Shown here one piece after another: positions 17,141 through 25,431 of a stretch of DNA of 64,000 bases. Below the pieces are notes generated by a model. It was not told the origin of the DNA. It worked only from the letters and a program-made list of their open reading frames with translations, and did not search any database. The stretch lies in contig CAWDVR010000004.1 in the NCBI GenBank assembly GCA_963805975.1, positions 448,001 to 512,000 on the forward strand, read 5' to 3'. Both the position numbers and the translations under genes were made by a program. Source of the stretch: an uncultured Acidobacteriota bacterium. Lineage in GTDB: Bacteria > Acidobacteriota > Thermoanaerobaculia > Multivoradales > SZUA-115. Within the stretch, counting starts at the first letter, position 1. The number at the start of each line of letters is the position of its first letter.

Positions 17141-18129
17141 GAGCGCACCTCCAGGATCGCCTGCTCGGCGCGGTGGAAGAGCCCCAGGCGGACGTTGCGC
17201 AGATAGGCGGCGAGGGCGCCGGCGCCGCTCGATTTGAGGGTCGCCAACTGCCGCGAGAGGGCGACCAGGGGCTCGGCCTCCGCCTCGCCCTTCAGGGTCT
17301 CGATCTCCACCGCGCGCCGCGACTCGACCAGCCGCTGGTCGGCGCTCGCCTGGGCGAGAGAGATGTCCGAGGAAACCTGGTTGTGCGCGGTGTTGATGGC
17401 GGCGAGCGCCGATTCGACCTCCTGCGGCGGGTCGATGCCGGTGATGAGGGTGGCGTCGAGCAGGATGCCGTAGCGCAGGGCCGAGCTCCTGCACTCGTTC
17501 TGCATATGGTCGTTCAGGTCGCGCAGGTTCTTGCGCAGGTCGTTGATCGAGACCCCGGCCATGGTGGCCTCGAGCGCCGGTGCTCCCGGTGCAGGCGCTT
17601 CGCGCCGGTCGGGCGCCTCGAAATTGGCGATCCGCTCGCGCAGGATCGAGATGAAGAAGCCCATCACGTGGGCGATCGGGTTCTTGACGCCGAAGAGGTA
17701 AGGGTAGAGGTTGGACTCCGCCACCCGGTAGCGGATCTGGCCCGTGAGACCGGTGACGAGCTGGTCCTTGGTCACCGCGTCGAGCACCGTGCCGCCGCGG
17801 TTGGCTTTGGGCGCCTCCGGGTCGTAGGCCATGCTCAGGGTCTGGGTGGCGACTGTCACCTTGTAGACCTTCTCCCACGGCAGCTTGAAGTAGGGCCCAC
17901 CGGGCCCGATCACCCGGAGCTGCGGGAAGGCATAGCGCTCGAGCTCCTCTTCACTCATGCCGGAGGCCGCGGCGTCGATCGCCGGGGCGCCGTCGTCCAG
18001 CCGTTGGGCGCGGCCGAAGACCGTCTTCACCGCCCTCTCGTTCTGATCCACCGTGTAGAAGCCGCCAACTACGTACCGCACCACGAACCAGGCCAGGAGG
18101 CCGGCCGTGACGCCGAGCAGGATGGGCAT
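17137..18129 (-). CDS. SPFH/Band 7 domain membrane protein
   Basis: FYTVDQNERAVKTVFGR, GPYFKLPW, VTKDQ, YGILLDATLITGIDPP. Confidence 0.85.
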   Translation of the reverse strand: MPILLGVTAGLLAWFVVRYVVGGFYTVDQNERAVKTVFGRAQRLDDGAPAIDAAASGMSEEELERYAFPQLRVIGPGGPYFKLPWEKVYKVTVATQTLSMAYDPEAPKANRGGTVLDAVTKDQLVTGLTGQIRYRVAESNLYPYLFGVKNPIAHVMGFFISILRERIANFEAPDRREAPAPGAPALEATMAGVSINDLRKNLRDLNDHMQNECRSSALRYGILLDATLITGIDPPQEVESALAAINTAHNQVSSDISLAQASADQRLVESRRAVEIETLKGEAEAEPLVALSRQLATLKSSGAGALAAYLRNVRLGLFHRAEQAILEVRS

Positions 18130-18212
18130 GGGAATCTCCTTTGCTGTTGCCAGACAGATCTAAGCGGTGCCGCCCCGGCCTATTCCGCCGCGCGCCAACG
18201 ACCCCACTGCGG

Positions 18213-18241
18213 TTGACCGGGCTGGGGCCCTTTGTTACGCT
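18213..18241 (+). promoter_or_regulatory. Sigma70-like promoter of tRNA-Val(GAC)
   Basis: TTGACC-17 nt-TACGCT. Confidence 0.55.
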
Positions 18242-18279
18242 CGCCAACCTTCAGCGCCTGCCCCAAGCCGGCGCACCCT

Positions 18280-18356
18280 AGGCCCGTAGCTCAGTTGGTT
18301 AGAGCGCTACGTTGACATCGTAGAGGTCAGCGGTTCAAGTCCGCTCGGGCCTACCA
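18280..18356 (+). tRNA. tRNA-Val(GAC)
   Basis: Acceptor AGGCCCG/CGGGCCT-ACCA, anticodon arm CTACG-ttGACat-CGTAG, T-loop GTTCAAG. Confidence 0.97.
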
Positions 18357-18530
18357 TTCCGGCTTCGGCGTTCGTCGAGTCCTGTAAACCGTTGAAAAGT
18401 AAGCAGGTTGGGGCGGTTCGCAGAAGTACGAACTGCAGGGGCTGCTTCGCCTCGAAGCTTGCGTCCCTCCACAAGGCGCCAGCGTTCGCAGCGACGTAGT
18501 CGGCGAAGGCCAAGAGGTCGTCCAGGTCGG
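18357..18530 (-). pseudogene. C-terminal remnant of a tRNA-targeting large serine recombinase
   Basis: DLDDLLAFADYVAANAGALWRDASFEAKQPLQ...RTAPTCLLFNGLQ reads into the tRNA antisense; resembles, from memory, C-termini of such recombinases. Confidence 0.5.
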
Positions 18531-18711
18531 GCGCCGCCGAGCGCCGCCCCTGCGCAGGGACGCCTGTGCGAAGCACAGTGAAGCAGCGCCGGAATGGTAC
18601 GGCTTTTGCGGCAGCACATTGACGCGAACGTATGGGCCGAGCCAATGCCCTTCGACTGCGAGCGCATCGTTTGCTCCGGCTTCGGGTGGCTCATAACGAT
18701 GGAGAACTGAC

Positions 18712-19197
18712 ATGGTGAAGCCAGCAAAGAACACGATTTGCCTTTGGTACGATGGCGACGCCGAGGACGCGGCGCGATTTTACGCTAAGACCTTTCCCGA
18801 TTCATCCGTCGGTGCGACGCACAGCGCCCCGGGAGACTTTCCGTCCGGGAAGAAAGGGGATGTGTTGACGGTGGAGTTCGCCGTGATGGGCATTCCCTGC
18901 CTCGGGCTCAATGGCGGACCCGAGTTCAAGCACAACGAAGCGTTCTCGTTTCAGGTCGCAACCGCTGACCAAGCCGAAACGGATCGTTACTGGAACGCCA
19001 TCGTCGGCAACGGCGGCGAAGAAAGTGCGTGCGGCTGGTGCAAGGACAAATGGGGCCTGTCCTGGCAGATCACGCCGCTGGCTCTGACGCAAGCGATAAT
19101 CGATCCCGATCCCGCTGCCGCCAAGCGCGCGTTCGATGCGATGATGCAGATGAAAAAGATCGACATCGCTGCAATCGAGGCGGCGCGCCGCGGTTGA
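18712..19197 (+). CDS. VOC/PhnB-like (3-demethylubiquinone-9 methyltransferase-like) protein
   Basis: TICLWYD..AEDAARFY, GLNGGP.F..NEAFSF, CGWCKDKWGLSWQI; less GC-biased codons than its neighbours. Confidence 0.9.
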   Translation: MVKPAKNTICLWYDGDAEDAARFYAKTFPDSSVGATHSAPGDFPSGKKGDVLTVEFAVMGIPCLGLNGGPEFKHNEAFSFQVATADQAETDRYWNAIVGNGGEESACGWCKDKWGLSWQITPLALTQAIIDPDPAAAKRAFDAMMQMKKIDIAAIEAARRG

Positions 19198-19304
19198 GGT
19201 TGCATCTTCGAAGCGTGCATCTCGGAAGCGCAAGGGAGCATGACGGGTGGCCCCGAACCCGCTCGCCCTCTCTCGAGAGGAGGGATAACTAGCTAGCCGT
19301 TCCC

Positions 19305-19550
19305 TTTCAGGGGCCTACTCCTGACGACATCTTCTTCGGCATCGTTCGCAGGGGCGGTGCGCAGATCCTGCTCAAGGACGTTGGCGTAGCTCCACTGTCG
19401 AACTACAAGCGAGACGTCAAAAAAGGTATCGCCCGCTGGGACGCATTCGTTGACGTCCCGGATCCTGACGCACTGGCGGCCGAATTTGCGCTGTGCAACG
19501 TCGAGTTTTCCGAGCCACTGAAGGACACTGATGACGGTTTGCGTGGTTTC
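19305..19550 (+). pseudogene. Internal fragment of a glyoxalase/bleomycin-resistance (VOC) gene
   Basis: Manual translation FQGPTPDDIFFGIVRRGGAQILLK...WDAFVDVPDPDALAAEF...PLKDTDDGLRGF; no start and no native C-terminus. Confidence 0.6.
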
Positions 19551-19894
19551 GCGGGCGGCAGAGCGCGCCGCCGCTGAACCGGGACGTTCGGCGGGAAGGC
19601 CCGAGCCGAGGAGGGCCCAACGGGATGGCGGGACGACAATGATCCGGTGCTGCTGACCGGGACGTCCGGGACGGGGAAGTCCCCCGTCGTCGCCTCGAAC
19701 TCCGAATTCGGGGCTCAACCGCCATCGACATGGACGAGCCGGCCACCTGGCCGGCCGCAGGAAAGTCATTCTGTGAGACGGAAGTTGTGGTATTCTCCGT
19801 CTAGTCGTAACAGTATATCTAAATATGAAGTAAGTATGATCATCATGAGTGAACCCCGGCCGCTCGGCAGGCCGTTCCCCGAGGACGCTGGAGC

Positions 19895-20563
19895 ATGCGC
19901 TCGGAGAAGCTGACGACTCTCCTGCTGGTGGGCCTCTTGGCTCTCCAGACCGTCCTCTTGGGGGCCCTGCTGCGCAGGATCGGCGCTCTCGAGCGGACCG
20001 TCCTCACCGTGGTGGCGGGCGCGGCTCAAGGGGCCTCGGAAGTAGCGGAAGAGGCGACGGCGGTGGAGGTGGGGCAAGGGCCGATCCAGGGGGCTGCCGG
20101 GGCGCCGGTCACCATCGTCGAGTTCTCCTGTTTCACCTGCCCGGCCTGCGCCGACCTCCAGCCCGAGCTCAAGCGCACCCTCTCGCTCCATCCCGGCGAG
20201 GTCCGGCTCGCCTTCCGGTACTTCCCGTTGCGGCTCGAGGGCAAGCCCATGCTGCTCGCCAAGACCGGGGAGTGCGCGCGCCGGCAGGACAAGTTCTGGG
20301 AGACCCACGACCTGCTGTTCAGCAAGAGCGACGAGATCGAAGGCGAGGCGGAGCTGCTCGAGGCCGTCAAGCCCCTCGGCCTCGATCTGGAGCGGCTGGC
20401 GCAGTGCCTCGCCTCCGCCGAGGCCGAGGCGAGAGTGCGGGAGGACTTCGAAGCGGGCCGGAGCTACGGGGTGACCGGCACTCCGACGCTCTTCGTCAAC
20501 GGCAAGCGGGTCCTGGGCTCGGACCCGCGGATCCTCGATCGGCTCGTCGCCGCGAGCCTCTAG
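19895..20563 (+). CDS. Membrane-anchored DsbA/thioredoxin-fold disulfide oxidoreductase
   Basis: N-terminal TM, GAPVTIVEFSCFTCPAC, FRYFPL, GVTGTPTLFVNG cis-Pro loop. Confidence 0.9.
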   Translation: MRSEKLTTLLLVGLLALQTVLLGALLRRIGALERTVLTVVAGAAQGASEVAEEATAVEVGQGPIQGAAGAPVTIVEFSCFTCPACADLQPELKRTLSLHPGEVRLAFRYFPLRLEGKPMLLAKTGECARRQDKFWETHDLLFSKSDEIEGEAELLEAVKPLGLDLERLAQCLASAEAEARVREDFEAGRSYGVTGTPTLFVNGKRVLGSDPRILDRLVAASL

Positions 20564-20633
20564 AAAGCACGGAGCCGGAAGGGACGTCCCGCGGCTCTTG
20601 CCGATCATCCACCCCGACCCAGGAGGAAATCCG

Positions 20634-20894
20634 ATGCCCGCCACCAGGTCCCGACTCGTGCCCTTCGCTCTCGCGACCCTCTTGGCCTTCTGCATGGTTC
20701 TCGTCGGGCTGTCGTTCGCGCCCCCGGCGACCGCCGCGCAGTGCACGCCGCCGGCGCAGAAGACCACCTACGGCTGCTGTAGCTGCAACATCAAGAAGGC
20801 GATCTACTGGCACTGCAACGAAGCGGGCAACTGGGTGCAGTCCGGCTCCGCGTGCCTGTACGGACAGTGCTGCGCCTATCCCTGCTGCGTGTAG
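20634..20894 (+). CDS. Secreted cysteine-rich peptide (about 35-aa signal plus 51-aa mature part with 10 Cys)
   Basis: AGGAGG RBS; signal ending ATAA; GC3-rich codons; downstream hairpin. Confidence 0.85.
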   Translation: MPATRSRLVPFALATLLAFCMVLVGLSFAPPATAAQCTPPAQKTTYGCCSCNIKKAIYWHCNEAGNWVQSGSACLYGQCCAYPCCV

Positions 20895-20929
20895 GGCGGC
20901 GCCCGCTGGCGCTGGGTGGGTGAGGCCGA

Positions 20930-20954
20930 GGCAGGCCCGATCGCCGGGCCTGCC
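20930..20954. terminator. Perfect 10-bp hairpin between the convergent peptide and permease genes
   Basis: GGCAGGCCCG-atcgc-CGGGCCTGCC. Confidence 0.5.
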
Positions 20955-20971
20955 GAGGGTTCGTCCCCTGT

Positions 20972-23707
20972 TCACTCCTCCCGCAAGGTCAACGCCGGAT
21001 CCACTCCGGCCGCCCGTCGTGCGGGTATCCAGCACGCCCCCAGGGCCGCGCCCAGCATCAGGGTCGAGACGCCGAGGAAGGTCAGGGCGTCGGTGGGTTG
21101 GACCTCGAAGAGCAGGCTGGCGAGGAAGCGGGTGAGGAGGAGGGCACCGGCGATGCCGACGGCGAGGCCCGTGGCCACGACCCGCATGCCCTGGCTGACG
21201 ATCATGCCCAGGACGCTCGCCGGCTGGCCGCCCAGGGCCAGGCGAATGCCGATGTCCTTGGTGTGCTGCTGGACGAAGTAAGACATGACGCCGTAGATGC
21301 CGATCATGGAGAGCAGCAGGGCGACGACGGAGAACGCGACGGCCATGGCGGAAAGGTAGCGCGGTACTTCGAGGGAGCCCGCCGTGAGCTCCTCGATGGT
21401 GGCCACGTCGGCCAGCGGCAGGGCCGGGTCGAGGTCGCGGACGATCTGGCGGATGGCGGGCAGCACGCTCGCCGGGTTGGCGGCGGTGCGCACCAGCAGG
21501 TAGCGGAAGCGCGCGCTGGCTCGGACCATGGGCTGATCGAGGCCGCGGCCCGCCATCGGCCAGTAGACGGTGCCCTCCATCGGCTTGTCGAGACCGCTGT
21601 ACTTGACGCTGGTCACCACCCCGACCACCGTGGTCCACGGGCAGGTGGTGCAACCCCCGTCGCGGAAGCGCTTGCCCACCGCGTCCTGGCCAGGGAAGAA
21701 GCGCTCCGCCCAGGCGCGATCGACAATCACCACGGGCTGGGGATCGAGGCCGTCCCGCTCGTCGAAGGCGCGGCCGGAGAGCAGGGAGATCCCCATCAGC
21801 TCGAAGTACTCCGGCGTCACCGCTACCCAGGGCGCGGTGGGCTGGGACTCACCGGCAGGCGTGGGCGCGTCCTCAAGGTCGAAGTTGTTCTGGTTGCCGA
21901 CGTCGCTGGGCGGCCGTCCATCCGCGAACGCCACGTGTGCCACGCCCGGCAGCGCTGCGATGCGCGCCGTGGCCTGGTCCCAGAAGGCGGTGACGTCGCT
22001 CGCCTCGGGGTACTGGCTCGCGGGCAGGAGGAGGCTCGCGGTCGCGATGTTGTCGGTGTCGAAGCCGAGGTCGACGCGCTCGAGCCGCGCTAGGCTTCCG
22101 GCGAAGAGGCCGGCGGCGACGAGGAGCGGGGTCGCGACCGCGAACTGCACCGCCACCAGGGCGCGCCGGAGGCGACGGGGCCGGGCGGAGGCGGTGGCCG
22201 AGCGCCCCGCCGAGCGCAGGCTCTGCTCGGAGCGCGACCTCGCTCCTTCGAGCGACGGGATGAGCCCGAAGAGCAGCCCACTCCCCAGGGTGACCGCCGC
22301 CAGGAAAGCGAGCACCGGGCCGCCGAGGCCGATCTCCTGGGTGCGCGGCAGGTAGTCGGCGGCGAAGGCCCTGAACAGCTGGATGCCGCCCACGGCGAGG
22401 CCGAGCCCGACGGCGGCGGCGCCCAGCGCCAGCAGGCCGCTCTCCGCCAGGAGCTGCCGCAGGATCGTGCCGCGCGAGGCGCCGAGCACGCTGCGCAACG
22501 CCAGCTCCCGGTCGCGCTGGGTGGCGCGCGCCACCAGCAGGTTGGCGGCGTTGACCGACGCGATCACCAGCACCAGCCCCACGGCGGCGAGCACGATCAC
22601 GAGCGTTGTCCTCACTTTGCCGACCACCTGCTCCTGGAGGCCGATCAGCGCCCAGGAGGTCTTCTCGTCCTGGTACGAGGCTTTCCAGAGGGGGAAGATC
22701 CGGCGGTTGATGGCCGCGAGCTCCGCGCCGGCGGCGGCCGGCCCGGTCCCCGGGCGTAGACGCCCCAGGGCGGCGATCAGGAAGGGGCCCCGGCGCGGCG
22801 GAGTCTCCCAACGCGCCACGGTGAAGAGCTCGCTCCGCTGATCGAGCGGCCCGGCCTTTTGGGGAAGCACGCCCAGCACCCGGTGCTCGGTGCCGTTGAG
22901 CCGCAGGGTCTTGCCGACCGCGGCCGGGTCCGCACCCAGGTGCCGGGCCCAGAAGCCGTGGCTCACCACCACCGTGGGCTCGCCGCCGGGCACCGCATCG
23001 GAACGGTCGAAGACGCGGCCGTGGAGCGGTGCCACCCCCAGCAGCGGGAAGTAGGTCCAGGTCACCTCCTTGGCCTGTACTCGCTCGGCTCCCTCGTCGC
23101 GGCTCACGGTCAGCATCGAGCCGGTGTAACCGGCGACCTGCTCGAAGCTCGTCTGCTGCTCCTCGAGCGCCAGGTAATCGGCGACCGAGAACGGCCGGCG
23201 GTAGGGCGGCGCGTCGATGTAGATGCGCACCAGCCGCTCCGGCTCGGCATAAGGCAGGGGCTGGAGCAGCACCGCATGGACGACACTGAAGAGGGTGGTG
23301 GTGGCTCCGATGCCGAGCCCCACCGTGAGCACCACGGTCGCCGCCAGCACCGGGGCCTTGGCCAGGTTGCGGAAGCCGTATCGCAGATCGCGCCAGAGGT
23401 TTGCCATGGGTTCTCCGGGGCCGGAAGGAGCCGGTGGTCGGCCAGCTCGTCGTCGGGGTGGGTGCTTGCGCCGCGCGGGCGTAGGCCGCAGGCGCTCGCG
23501 CAGGAGGCGGAACGGGTACTGGCTGTACTGCCTGGAGAGCCAGGCCGCGGCGGCGCGGTCGCCTTCGCTCGCCCGCCGGCGTTCGTAGAGCTCCAGGAGG
23601 TCGCTCATCATCATCTGGCGATCCGCCGGGCGCATCAGGCAGGCGAGCGCCCATCGCACCGCGAGCGGCGGCTGCGGCAGACCGTCGGCGATGGACCTGT
23701 AGCTCAT
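20972..23707 (-). CDS. Duplicated MacB/FtsX-type orphan permease (ADOP-like)
   Basis: WRDLRYGFRNL, LGIGATT.LFSVV.AVLL.PLPY, two permease halves, GIRLALG, PARRAA.VDP..LREE; no adjacent ATPase. Confidence 0.9.
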   Translation of the reverse strand: MSYRSIADGLPQPPLAVRWALACLMRPADRQMMMSDLLELYERRRASEGDRAAAAWLSRQYSQYPFRLLRERLRPTPARRKHPPRRRAGRPPAPSGPGEPMANLWRDLRYGFRNLAKAPVLAATVVLTVGLGIGATTTLFSVVHAVLLQPLPYAEPERLVRIYIDAPPYRRPFSVADYLALEEQQTSFEQVAGYTGSMLTVSRDEGAERVQAKEVTWTYFPLLGVAPLHGRVFDRSDAVPGGEPTVVVSHGFWARHLGADPAAVGKTLRLNGTEHRVLGVLPQKAGPLDQRSELFTVARWETPPRRGPFLIAALGRLRPGTGPAAAGAELAAINRRIFPLWKASYQDEKTSWALIGLQEQVVGKVRTTLVIVLAAVGLVLVIASVNAANLLVARATQRDRELALRSVLGASRGTILRQLLAESGLLALGAAAVGLGLAVGGIQLFRAFAADYLPRTQEIGLGGPVLAFLAAVTLGSGLLFGLIPSLEGARSRSEQSLRSAGRSATASARPRRLRRALVAVQFAVATPLLVAAGLFAGSLARLERVDLGFDTDNIATASLLLPASQYPEASDVTAFWDQATARIAALPGVAHVAFADGRPPSDVGNQNNFDLEDAPTPAGESQPTAPWVAVTPEYFELMGISLLSGRAFDERDGLDPQPVVIVDRAWAERFFPGQDAVGKRFRDGGCTTCPWTTVVGVVTSVKYSGLDKPMEGTVYWPMAGRGLDQPMVRASARFRYLLVRTAANPASVLPAIRQIVRDLDPALPLADVATIEELTAGSLEVPRYLSAMAVAFSVVALLLSMIGIYGVMSYFVQQHTKDIGIRLALGGQPASVLGMIVSQGMRVVATGLAVGIAGALLLTRFLASLLFEVQPTDALTFLGVSTLMLGAALGACWIPARRAAGVDPALTLREE

Positions 23708-23717
23708 GCGGAGCGCC

Positions 23718-24050
23718 TCATCCCGCCTCGTCCGTCGAGAGGTCGAGCCCCTCCCACAGGCGCACCAGAGCGCGGCGGGTCTCCCTCAGCCTGCGCAGGG
23801 CCTCCGTGGTGAGCTTGAAGTAGCGGCGGACGCGCCAGCCGTCCCGCCCCGCCTGCTCGTCGAAGCGCGAGGTCACGAGGCCTTTCTTCTCCAGGCGGCT
23901 CAGGATGATGAACACGGCAGCCTGGGCGACCTCGCGGCCGGTGCGCTCCTCGAGCTCGAGCACCACCGGCACGCTGTAGGCCTCGCCGCCCAGACGCAGG
24001 ATGGCCAGCAGCACCTGATGCTCGAGCTCGCCCAAGGTCTCTTTTGCCAT
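23718..24050 (-). CDS. PadR-family transcriptional regulator
   Basis: LGELEHQVLLAIL, LSRLEKKGLV, RRYFKLT; directly upstream of the permease. Confidence 0.9.
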   Translation of the reverse strand: MAKETLGELEHQVLLAILRLGGEAYSVPVVLELEERTGREVAQAAVFIILSRLEKKGLVTSRFDEQAGRDGWRVRRYFKLTTEALRRLRETRRALVRLWEGLDLSTDEAG

Positions 24051-24063
24051 CTCGCGTCCTTGG

Positions 24064-24109
24064 CTAACAATGTTAGTGGCAGCGTAGCGAGGAGATCCAT
24101 CCCTGTCAA
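24064..24109 (-). promoter_or_regulatory. Sigma70 promoter and palindromic operator of padR-permease
   Basis: Minus strand TTGACA(24109)-17 nt-TACGCT(24086), then CTAACA-N-TGTTAG at 24064-24076. Confidence 0.7.
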
Positions 24110-24151
24110 TGCTCTGGCGTCGGGCGAGGATTTGATTCAGGCTTGCGCGCC

Positions 24152-25237
24152 ATGGCGACTCGTCGGCGCAAGAAGACCCAAGCACCGGAAGCCGCCTTCA
24201 TGGCACCGGCCGAGGCCGCGCAGGCCGCGGCCCTGCGGCACGTGAGCGACGAGCAGCCCGGCATCCGGCGCCGCCGGTCGGGCAAAGGGTTCTCGTACCT
24301 GGGCGCGGATGGCAAGACGATCCGCGACGCGCCCACGCTCGCCCGCATCCGGGCGCTCGCCATCCCTCCGGCGTGGACGGAGGTCTGGATCTGCCCCTTG
24401 GCCCACGGCCACATCCAGGCCACCGGCCGGGACGCACGCGGCAGGAAACAGTACCGTTACCACGCGCGCTGGCGCGAGGTGCGGGACGAGACCAAGTACG
24501 CGCGCACGGCGCTCTTCGGCAGCACGCTGCCGCGCATCCGCGCCCGCGTGCGGGAGGATCTGGCGGCGCCGGGTCTGGCACGGGACAAGGTGCTGGCCAC
24601 GGTGGTGCAGCTCCTCGAGACCACGTTCATCCGCGTCGGCAACGAGGAGTACGCCCGCAACAACGGCTCGTTCGGGCTCACCACGCTCCGCGACCGTCAC
24701 GTCGAGGTGAAGGGCGTCACCGTCCATTTCCGCTTCTACGGCAAGAGCGGCAAACGGCACGCGATCCGGGTGAGCGAGCGGCGGCTGGCGCGGATCGTCG
24801 AGCGCTGCCGCGACCTGCCGGGGCAGGATCTCTTCCAGTACCTCGACGAGGAAGGCAAGCCGCAGCCCATCAACTCGGCGGACGTCAACGAGTACGTGCG
24901 CCGGATCTCGGACCAGGACTTCACGGCCAAGGACTTCCGTACCTGGGCGGGCACTCTCCTGGCGGCGCACGACCTGACGAGCACGGGCTGCGCCGAGACC
25001 GAGGCGGCGGGCAGGTCCGCCGTGGTCCGGGTCACGGAGCGCGTGGCGAGCCGGCTCGGCAACACCCCGGCCGTCTGCCGCAAGTGCTACATCCACCCCG
25101 CGGTGCTCGCGGCCTACCAGGACCGCGTGCTCTTCGAGCAGTGGCAGAAGGAGAGCGCCAAGAGGGCCCGGAAGGCAGCGCTCAGCCGCGAGGAGGCGGT
25201 GCTGCTCCGGTTCCTGGCGGCGTGCTCCGAGCGCTGA
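24152..25237 (+). CDS. DNA topoisomerase IB (bacterial, poxvirus-like)
   Basis: IPPAWTEVWI, GRDARGRKQYRYH, IRVGNEEY, GKSGK, KDFRTW, GNTPAVCRKCYIHP. Confidence 0.93.
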   Translation: MATRRRKKTQAPEAAFMAPAEAAQAAALRHVSDEQPGIRRRRSGKGFSYLGADGKTIRDAPTLARIRALAIPPAWTEVWICPLAHGHIQATGRDARGRKQYRYHARWREVRDETKYARTALFGSTLPRIRARVREDLAAPGLARDKVLATVVQLLETTFIRVGNEEYARNNGSFGLTTLRDRHVEVKGVTVHFRFYGKSGKRHAIRVSERRLARIVERCRDLPGQDLFQYLDEEGKPQPINSADVNEYVRRISDQDFTAKDFRTWAGTLLAAHDLTSTGCAETEAAGRSAVVRVTERVASRLGNTPAVCRKCYIHPAVLAAYQDRVLFEQWQKESAKRARKAALSREEAVLLRFLAACSER

Positions 25238-25351
25238 CGACAGGGCGAGCCCCGACGGCAACGGGACTGCTCCAAGCGGCCGAACGGCTGTGGTATTGTG
25301 TGCGGCGCTCCGCGGCGCCCGCTGCTCAGGCGCCGCGAACCTCGACAGCAG

Positions 25352-25428
25352 AGGCGCTTAGCTCAGTTGGTTAGAGCGCTACCTTCACACGGTAGAGGTC
25401 ATCGGTTCAAGTCCGATAGCGCCTACCA
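25352..25428 (+). tRNA. tRNA-Val(CAC)
   Basis: Acceptor AGGCGCT/AGCGCCT-ACCA, anticodon arm CTACC-ttCACac-GGTAG. Confidence 0.97.
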
Positions 25429-25431
25429 TTC

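Noticed and set aside
24152-25237. Tyrosine integrase next to tRNA-Val(CAC)
   Set aside because: Motifs are those of topoisomerase IB, not an integrase; no direct att repeat identified.
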